A DNA stretch of 32,000 nt from Psychrobacter sp. HD31. GTDB taxonomy: Bacteria; Pseudomonadota; Gammaproteobacteria; Pseudomonadales; Moraxellaceae. Shown here piece after piece: positions 26,898-32,000 of this stretch (within the stretch, counting starts at the first letter, position 1; every line of letters begins with the position of its first letter). The notes under the pieces were generated by a model that worked only from the letters and a program-made list of their open reading frames with translations, searched no databases and was not told the DNA's origin. Position numbers and translations under genes: made by a program. Where the stretch lies: assembly GCF_051097895.1 (NCBI RefSeq), contig NZ_CP142525.1:720001-752000 (forward strand), read 5' to 3'.

Positions 26898-27899
26898 TTA
26901 CTGTGTGGCATCATTTAACATATTTATCAAACTTACCATATCTTCAGGTATGTCTGTTGTAACATTGATATCTTCTCCTGTCGTTGGGTGTACAAAACCC
27001 AATTCGTAAGCATGCAATGCCTGACGAGGAAACGCTTTAATTGCCTCACGTTGTTCATCCGTCAGCCCCGCTCTTAATTGTTGTCGACCACCGTACACCG
27101 CATCACCTATTAAGGGATAACCCAAACTACTTAAATGCACACGGATTTGATGCGTTCTGCCTGTTTCTAACCCGACAGAAACTAAGCTATAGTTTTGTTT
27201 TAATGGGGTTATTTCTAGCAAATGGGTTACTGCGTCTTTACCACCTGTTTGCATGACGGTCATTTTTGTACGTTGTGTTTTGTGCCTACCAATAGGCTGA
27301 TTAATTAATCTGTGCCTTTGCAAGTCTTCTGCATCGCCAGCAACCACACATTTATAATGTCTGTAAACACTTTTATCTTTTAGTTGTTCCATTAGCTCTA
27401 ATTGCGCTGTTTTATTTTTACCAACAATTAATAAGCCAGAGGTATCTTTATCAATCCGATGAACCAAACCTGCACGTGGCAAATGTTTTTGTTCAGGGTA
27501 ATGAAATAACAATCCATTAACTAATGTGCCTGTCCAATTACCGGCACCAGGGTGCACCACCATACCAACCGGCTTATTTATTACCAATACATCATCATCT
27601 TCATAAACAACCTCAATATCAATGTCTTCTGGCAAATCTGCCCCATGCTGTTCTAGCGTGGCAGATAACTGTAAAACATCGTCAATTTTGACACGATATT
27701 TTGGTTTTTGGGCTTTTCCATTAATGGTAAGCTTACCCTCATTAATCCAATCTTGTAATTGTACGCGCGAAAAACCTTCAAAAACTTGGCTTGCAAGTTT
27801 ATCTAGCCTGTGTCCGATTTGTTTATCAGTTGTTTGGTGCGTTAACTCAATTTGATTCATTTCAGTATGCTTATCAGAGGGACGATTGCTATCATTCAT
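26898..27899 (-). CDS. rluD: 23S rRNA pseudouridine(1911/1915/1917) synthase RluD
   Basis: S4 domain (G.RLDK.....F...SR...Q.WI..G....NG), then VYEDDD.LVINKP.GMVVHPG.GN, the catalytic HRIDKDTSGLL, GRTHQIRVH and ALHA. The start is ambiguous: an ATG at 27899, a TTG at 27923, or the ATG at 27860 (MNQIELTHQ..), which aligns best with the E. coli N-terminus. Confidence 0.92.
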   Translation of the reverse strand: MNDSNRPSDKHTEMNQIELTHQTTDKQIGHRLDKLASQVFEGFSRVQLQDWINEGKLTINGKAQKPKYRVKIDDVLQLSATLEQHGADLPEDIDIEVVYEDDDVLVINKPVGMVVHPGAGNWTGTLVNGLLFHYPEQKHLPRAGLVHRIDKDTSGLLIVGKNKTAQLELMEQLKDKSVYRHYKCVVAGDAEDLQRHRLINQPIGRHKTQRTKMTVMQTGGKDAVTHLLEITPLKQNYSLVSVGLETGRTHQIRVHLSSLGYPLIGDAVYGGRQQLRAGLTDEQREAIKAFPRQALHAYELGFVHPTTGEDINVTTDIPEDMVSLINMLNDATQ

Positions 27900-28077
27900 A
27901 AAAATAAAACTACTTTTTGTCAAAAATTTTATATATTGTAGCTTATATAGGCTAAGTTAGGTATATTGCATACAGGTTTCTGTAGCATTCTAATACCAAT
28001 TGTCAACATTTCTCATCGCCATCAATGTTTGGTCATGCTACACTATGCAAGATTTGTTATATTTTTTGGAGTACATA

Positions 28078-29046
28078 ATGCAAAAACAGACAAATAAATA
28101 TTTAAAGATTTCTTCAGCAACTTTACTTGCAATGACAATGGGGTTAACAGGCTGCCAAACCGTTAAAAGCTTAACGGGTGGCAAAAAATCTACGGTTGTT
28201 GCCTCGGCAGAAAAACCTGCCAGTGCGTATTATAGCTCTGCACTTAAAAATATTGATGATCGCAATTTTAATGCTGCCATTGAATCATTAAAAAGTATTC
28301 GTGACTTTTATCCAAGAAGCCAATATGCCCCGAAAGCTTTGCTTGACATAATGTATGTGCACTATACAAAAAAAGACTATGTTGAAGCTGCAACTGCGGC
28401 AGAAGAATTTATCATTTTGTATCCTGCAGATCCACAAGTTGATTATGCGTATTATGTACGTGGGCTTGCACACATGCAAAGTACAACCAAAAAATTTAAC
28501 TTAGTAAAGCCTAACCCAGCCAAAAGAGATACCGCTGCTTATCGCTTAGGGTTTAAAAACTTGCTTGAGTTTGTCAGCATGTATCCAAATAGCAAGTATG
28601 CTCCTGATGCCGCACAACATATGACTTACATCTATAACACCCTTGCTGAGCAAGAGCTGCAAGTTGCTCGCTGGTATATCAAGCGTAAAGCTTATTTAGC
28701 TGCTGCAAAACGTGCAAATTCAACTTTCCAGTACTTTCCACGTAGTGAATCTGTACCAGAGGCGATTGCAACGCTGGCTTATAGCAATGATAAACTTGGT
28801 TTAACTGATTTAGCAAACCAATACAAAACGCTATTACAAATCAATTATCCTGAGTGGCTAGATAGTAATGGCGACGTTAAGTTAAATAATACTAAAGCCT
28901 CTTTAATAAACCGTTTAACTTTTGGTAAGCTTGGTCGTGCTTCAGAAATAAACAACACACACTATAATGGTCGTTACAATGGTCAAACACGCACACAGCT
29001 TATCCAAAATGCTGCCCAGCTACGTTTGCCAGCAAACGCAAACTAA
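28078..29046 (+). CDS. bamD: Outer membrane protein assembly factor BamD (lipoprotein)
   Basis: Start MQKQTNKYLKISSATLLAMTMGLTGC with lipobox LTGC, and GGAG 6 nt before the ATG. TPR-like body (YY..A.......NF..AI..L......YP.S.YA..A.LD..Y) and the conserved divergent arrangement with rluD. It is 322 aa, so the C-terminal 70 aa or so are extra relative to E. coli BamD. Confidence 0.88.
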   Translation: MQKQTNKYLKISSATLLAMTMGLTGCQTVKSLTGGKKSTVVASAEKPASAYYSSALKNIDDRNFNAAIESLKSIRDFYPRSQYAPKALLDIMYVHYTKKDYVEAATAAEEFIILYPADPQVDYAYYVRGLAHMQSTTKKFNLVKPNPAKRDTAAYRLGFKNLLEFVSMYPNSKYAPDAAQHMTYIYNTLAEQELQVARWYIKRKAYLAAAKRANSTFQYFPRSESVPEAIATLAYSNDKLGLTDLANQYKTLLQINYPEWLDSNGDVKLNNTKASLINRLTFGKLGRASEINNTHYNGRYNGQTRTQLIQNAAQLRLPANAN

Positions 29047-29076
29047 GCATTAAATCTTAACCGGCTTATTATGTAT

Positions 29077-29115
29077 AATGAGTGTTGTGTTTTTGCATAA
29101 CACTCATTTGTTTTT
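29077..29115 (+). terminator. Intrinsic terminator between bamD and dnaG
   Basis: AATGAGTGTT(GTG) pairs with (CAT)AACACTCATT to give a stem of about 13 bp with one G-U pair, followed by TGTTTTT. It lies 30 nt after the bamD stop and 33 nt before the dnaG ATG. Confidence 0.8.
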
Positions 29116-29148
29116 ATATTAATTTTTTCTTTACTGCTTAATTATAAA

Positions 29149-31284
29149 ATGAGTATACCAAACCACATCATTGACCAAATTAATAGCCAAGCTGATTTAG
29201 TTAGCATTATTGGCAAGCATACCACGCTTAAAAAAGTCGGTAATGAATATAAGGGCTGTTGTCCTTTTCATGGCGAAAAAACCCCCTCATTTTATGTCAA
29301 CCCACAAAAAAACATTTATCATTGCTTTGGCTGTGGTGCAAGTGGCAATGCCATTGGCTTTTTAAAAGACTACGAAAACCTAACCTTTATAGAAGCGGTT
29401 AAAGAGTTGTCTAAACAAACTGGTATCGAAATACCAGAAGAAGACAATAGCAAGATTAGCTACAAAAAAACGGCAACACCACGCCCTAAAAAAACGCCAT
29501 CGACAGCACAATCCAACAAAGTTAGCAAGGTTTCTACCATACCTAATCCCGTTACAACAACACCGGTAGAAAACTTAGCACCAATAACCACACCAACACA
29601 CATACAAACAGAAACGCATCATGTTACTGGGCTTTTTTTTAATGACGATGATACTAACATTGATAGCCTAGATATTAATAGCTTAGATAATGAAATGAGC
29701 CATCAAGCAGCAAATGACTTTATGCTTGATTTGCCCAATCATGAGATGCCATCAAGCCTGCAAAATGCAGATAGCAGCAGTCAAGAACAAGATGGCAACC
29801 TTTATGACTTATTAGAAAATATCCATCAGTTTTATATCAACTGTCTGCATAACAACCCCATGGCTAAGCACTATTTTGAGTCACGTGGGTTAAGTAACCA
29901 AACCATAGAAACTTTTGGACTTGGCTATGCACCAAGAGGCTGGCAACACCTTGAAGAAGCTTTCCCTAACGATATAGAAGGCTTACGTTTACTTGGGCTT
30001 GTTAGAACCTCCGAAAAAGGTCGTGATTTTGATTTACTCCGTGACCGTGTCATTTTCGTTATCCGAGATAATCAAGGTCGTGTTATTGGTTTTGCAGGAC
30101 GTGCATTAGACAATGACGTGAAACCAAAATATATTAACTCTTCAGACTCACCTGTATTTCATAAAAACCATGTGTTATACGGCTACTATGAGTCTAGGCA
30201 ACATAGGGCAAATGACTGGTTAGTTGTAGAAGGCTATATGGACGTCATTGCGCTTTACCAAGCGGGTATATATGGTGCCGTTGCTTCTATGGGAACCGCC
30301 GTTAACGAGCAGCAAATATCTCGCTTATTAAATTTAAACCCTGTATTAACTTTGTCATTTGATGGCGATGCTGCTGGTCAAAAAGCCGCTTGGAGAACGT
30401 TAGAAGTCAGCCTACCGGTTTTAACAGATGATAAATCTTTACGCTTTTTAACACTACCAGACAACCATGATCCAGACACCTATTTAGCTGAACATGGCAA
30501 ACAAGCGATGCAACAACAAATCGCCAATGCCGCCCCTTTGTCTCAATATGTGTTTAGTTACTTAAGTTTAAAGCATGACTTGTCAATTGCTGAAGGTAAA
30601 GCAAAATTAATGGCCCAGGTGCGCGCGTTAACCAATCAACTACCCAAAGGCAGCAGTTTTAAATATTTATTAAATAATGATATTTATCAGCGTGTTAATG
30701 GTAGAAAAATGAGCAATGCCGTCACCCGTGATGTCATGCTCAACTTTACAAGCACGTTAACGCTTAACCTAAACATCTACTTATGTTTACTTTACCAGCC
30801 TACGCTTTTAAACACTGAGTGCAACCCCGACCCGATTAAAAGCATATGGCAACGCTCAGGTATTGATAAAATCAAACCTTCAGAAAAAGATGGCAAACGT
30901 ATTCATAGCCTTGGGTTTGAGTTACCACCTTTACCAAGTTGGCAAGATTTTAACGATACGAATTTAATTGAGCTGGTTGAAGCCATTAAACTTGTTTCTG
31001 CCAGTTTAACAAACAAAAAAGACATGGACGCCCACTGCATCATGGGCTGTGTTTCTAATGCTTTAAATGAGATATTATCAACCCACTGGGCAGATTTTTA
31101 TCAAGATTTAACTAACCGACAAGTTGACGATGTTGAACCTTTTTTAACCGAATTACTTGTACGACAGCTCGATGCGTGTTTGCTAGCACAACAAAAACAA
31201 CATACTAATATTCTTATTAAAAAAATTACAATGGATAGAAGACAAGCCCTGCTTAAATGGACAAAAACCTTAAATAAAAATTAA
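29149..31284 (+). CDS. dnaG: DNA primase
   Basis: Zinc ribbon CCPFHGEKTPSFYVNP.KN.YHCFGCGASGNAI.F, RNA polymerase/TOPRIM core (GLGYAP.GW, RD.GRVIGF.GR, PKYINS..S..F.K...LYG, VVEGYMDV, FDGD.AG..A) and a C-terminal helicase-interaction region. It is 711 aa because of a long low-complexity linker. Confidence 0.95.
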   Translation: MSIPNHIIDQINSQADLVSIIGKHTTLKKVGNEYKGCCPFHGEKTPSFYVNPQKNIYHCFGCGASGNAIGFLKDYENLTFIEAVKELSKQTGIEIPEEDNSKISYKKTATPRPKKTPSTAQSNKVSKVSTIPNPVTTTPVENLAPITTPTHIQTETHHVTGLFFNDDDTNIDSLDINSLDNEMSHQAANDFMLDLPNHEMPSSLQNADSSSQEQDGNLYDLLENIHQFYINCLHNNPMAKHYFESRGLSNQTIETFGLGYAPRGWQHLEEAFPNDIEGLRLLGLVRTSEKGRDFDLLRDRVIFVIRDNQGRVIGFAGRALDNDVKPKYINSSDSPVFHKNHVLYGYYESRQHRANDWLVVEGYMDVIALYQAGIYGAVASMGTAVNEQQISRLLNLNPVLTLSFDGDAAGQKAAWRTLEVSLPVLTDDKSLRFLTLPDNHDPDTYLAEHGKQAMQQQIANAAPLSQYVFSYLSLKHDLSIAEGKAKLMAQVRALTNQLPKGSSFKYLLNNDIYQRVNGRKMSNAVTRDVMLNFTSTLTLNLNIYLCLLYQPTLLNTECNPDPIKSIWQRSGIDKIKPSEKDGKRIHSLGFELPPLPSWQDFNDTNLIELVEAIKLVSASLTNKKDMDAHCIMGCVSNALNEILSTHWADFYQDLTNRQVDDVEPFLTELLVRQLDACLLAQQKQHTNILIKKITMDRRQALLKWTKTLNKN

Positions 31285-31429
31285 TTGCATACAAATGCAT
31301 AATTGATCGTACAAACACTGCTAAGTCAATCTTAAATTAGCGTCTTTAAAAAAACCAAACTATCCCCATATAGTTATTGTCTATATAATAAAATGCGTCT
31401 CTTTCATGCATTTTATACATAACAGTAAG

Positions 31430-31458
31430 GCGACATAATCCAGCAATTATGTTAAAAT
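31430..31458 (+). promoter_or_regulatory. Candidate extended -10 promoter for rpoD
   Basis: GCGACA (31430-31435), a 17-nt spacer ending in TGT, then TAAAAT (31453-31458), which fits TGnTAAAAT. It lies about 40 nt upstream of the rpoD ATG. Sequence pattern only. Confidence 0.3.
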
Positions 31459-31499
31459 ATTCTACTGTTTTTTTGAATACAATCTTCTGGTATTTATTT

Positions 31500-32000
31500 A
31501 TGAGCGAAAATTCATCTTCAGCACCACAACAAACCACATCTCAATTAGCAACCTTAATTCAGATGGGTAAAGAGCAAGGTTATTTGACTTACGCCGAAGT
31601 CAATGACCAATTACCTGATTCTATTACCGAAAGCGACCAAATTGAAGACATCATCCAAATGCTGACAGACGTTGGCATTAAAGTATTTGAATCTGCACCA
31701 GATGCGGATGATATTTTATTAAATGATGACTCTAGCGATGACGACATGGCAGCTGATGAAGCCGCTCAAGTTCTTGCTTCGGTAGAAACAGAGCCAGGTC
31801 GCACAACTGATCCTGTTCGTATGTATATGCGTGAAATGGGAACAGTTGATCTGTTAACACGTGAGGGTGAAATTGCCATTGCCAAGCGCATTGAAGAAGG
31901 TATACGAGATGTACAACATGCCATGGCATTTTGGCCAGGTACTGTACAGCTTGTATTAGATGAATATCAAAATGTACTAGACGGTGAAAAAAAGTTATCA
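31500..32000 (+). CDS. rpoD: RNA polymerase sigma factor RpoD (sigma70), 5' part; continues beyond the window
   Basis: My own translation from the ATG at 31500 gives MSENSSSAPQQTTSQLATLIQMGKEQGYLTYAEVNDQLPD...DQIEDIIQMLTDVGIKVFE...TTDPVRMYMREMGTVDLLTREGEIAIAKRIEEG. This covers sigma70 regions 1.1 and 1.2 and is open to the window end. It is missing from the ORF track only because it has no stop. Confidence 0.95.
   Translation, partial: MSENSSSAPQQTTSQLATLIQMGKEQGYLTYAEVNDQLPDSITESDQIEDIIQMLTDVGIKVFESAPDADDILLNDDSSDDDMAADEAAQVLASVETEPGRTTDPVRMYMREMGTVDLLTREGEIAIAKRIEEGIRDVQHAMAFWPGTVQLVLDEYQNVLDGEKKLS

Noticed and set aside
28000-28077. A 26-codon upstream extension of bamD from a TTG start, with analogous extensions for rlmF (2950), xseB (24816), rluD (27923) and the NAD(P)-binding protein gene (5937).
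   Set aside because: In each case an internal ATG with a better SD, or with matching N-terminal homology (the lipoprotein signal peptide for BamD, the Rossmann start for the SDR), explains the gene. The extensions look non-coding.
31346-31537. A 63-aa minus-strand ORF in the dnaG-rpoD spacer, and a 65-aa ORF at 31732-31929.
   Set aside because: The first overlaps the rpoD start in antisense and consists of AT-rich promoter-region sequence. The second is antisense within rpoD region 1. Neither has an SD or any recognisable similarity.
1-32000. A search for mobile-element, CRISPR, tRNA/rRNA, prophage or defence-island hallmarks.
   Set aside because: I found no transposase, integrase or recombinase-like ORFs, no regularly spaced repeats, no tRNA-like T-arm/acceptor patterns in the intergenic regions, and no obvious compositional break. 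Every ORF above about 140 aa that is not a shadow frame has a housekeeping assignment.

Overview
AT-rich (by eye about 60% A+T), densely coding chromosomal window. Its gene content and local synteny point to a low-GC gammaproteobacterium, but I cannot assign a genus from the sequence alone. I can support 33 protein-coding genes, two of them cut by the window edges, and almost all are recognisable housekeeping functions. In order they are: truC, accB-accC, rlmF, an L,D-transpeptidase, rraA, a YraR-like NAD(P)-binding protein, rpsT, a histidine phosphatase, a metallophosphoesterase, pyrF, xthA, a YbgC-like thioesterase with fetA/fetB-like ABC exporter genes, a LeuE-like LysE exporter, a YoaK/DUF1275 membrane protein, an NCS2 purine permease, tolQ-tolR-tolA-tolB, a DesC-like acyl-CoA desaturase, maeB, an Sfp/AcpT-type phosphopantetheinyl transferase, xseA-xseB, a WrbA-like flavoprotein, pgeF(yfiH)-rluD divergent from bamD, dnaG, and the 5' part of rpoD. 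Several intrinsic terminators and a few sigma70-like promoters can be read directly. I saw no rRNA or tRNA genes, CRISPR arrays, transposases, integrases, phage genes, long repeats or defence-like genes. I do not find a convincing new multi-gene system here; this looks like an ordinary core region. The points worth a second look are modest. (1) The Tol cluster lacks ybgC, pal and cpoB, and the only YbgC-like thioesterase is instead tightly coupled to fetAB-like genes. (2) Two uncharacterised phosphatases follow pyrF. (3) DnaG carries a linker insertion of about 105 aa, and its gene is preceded by a terminator with an embedded TATAAT rather than by rpsU. (4) There are candidate operator palindromes upstream of maeB and the desaturase. 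(5) The phosphopantetheinyl transferase has no carrier-protein gene nearby. (6) xseA and xseB are linked. (7) Two hairpins overlap translation initiation regions.
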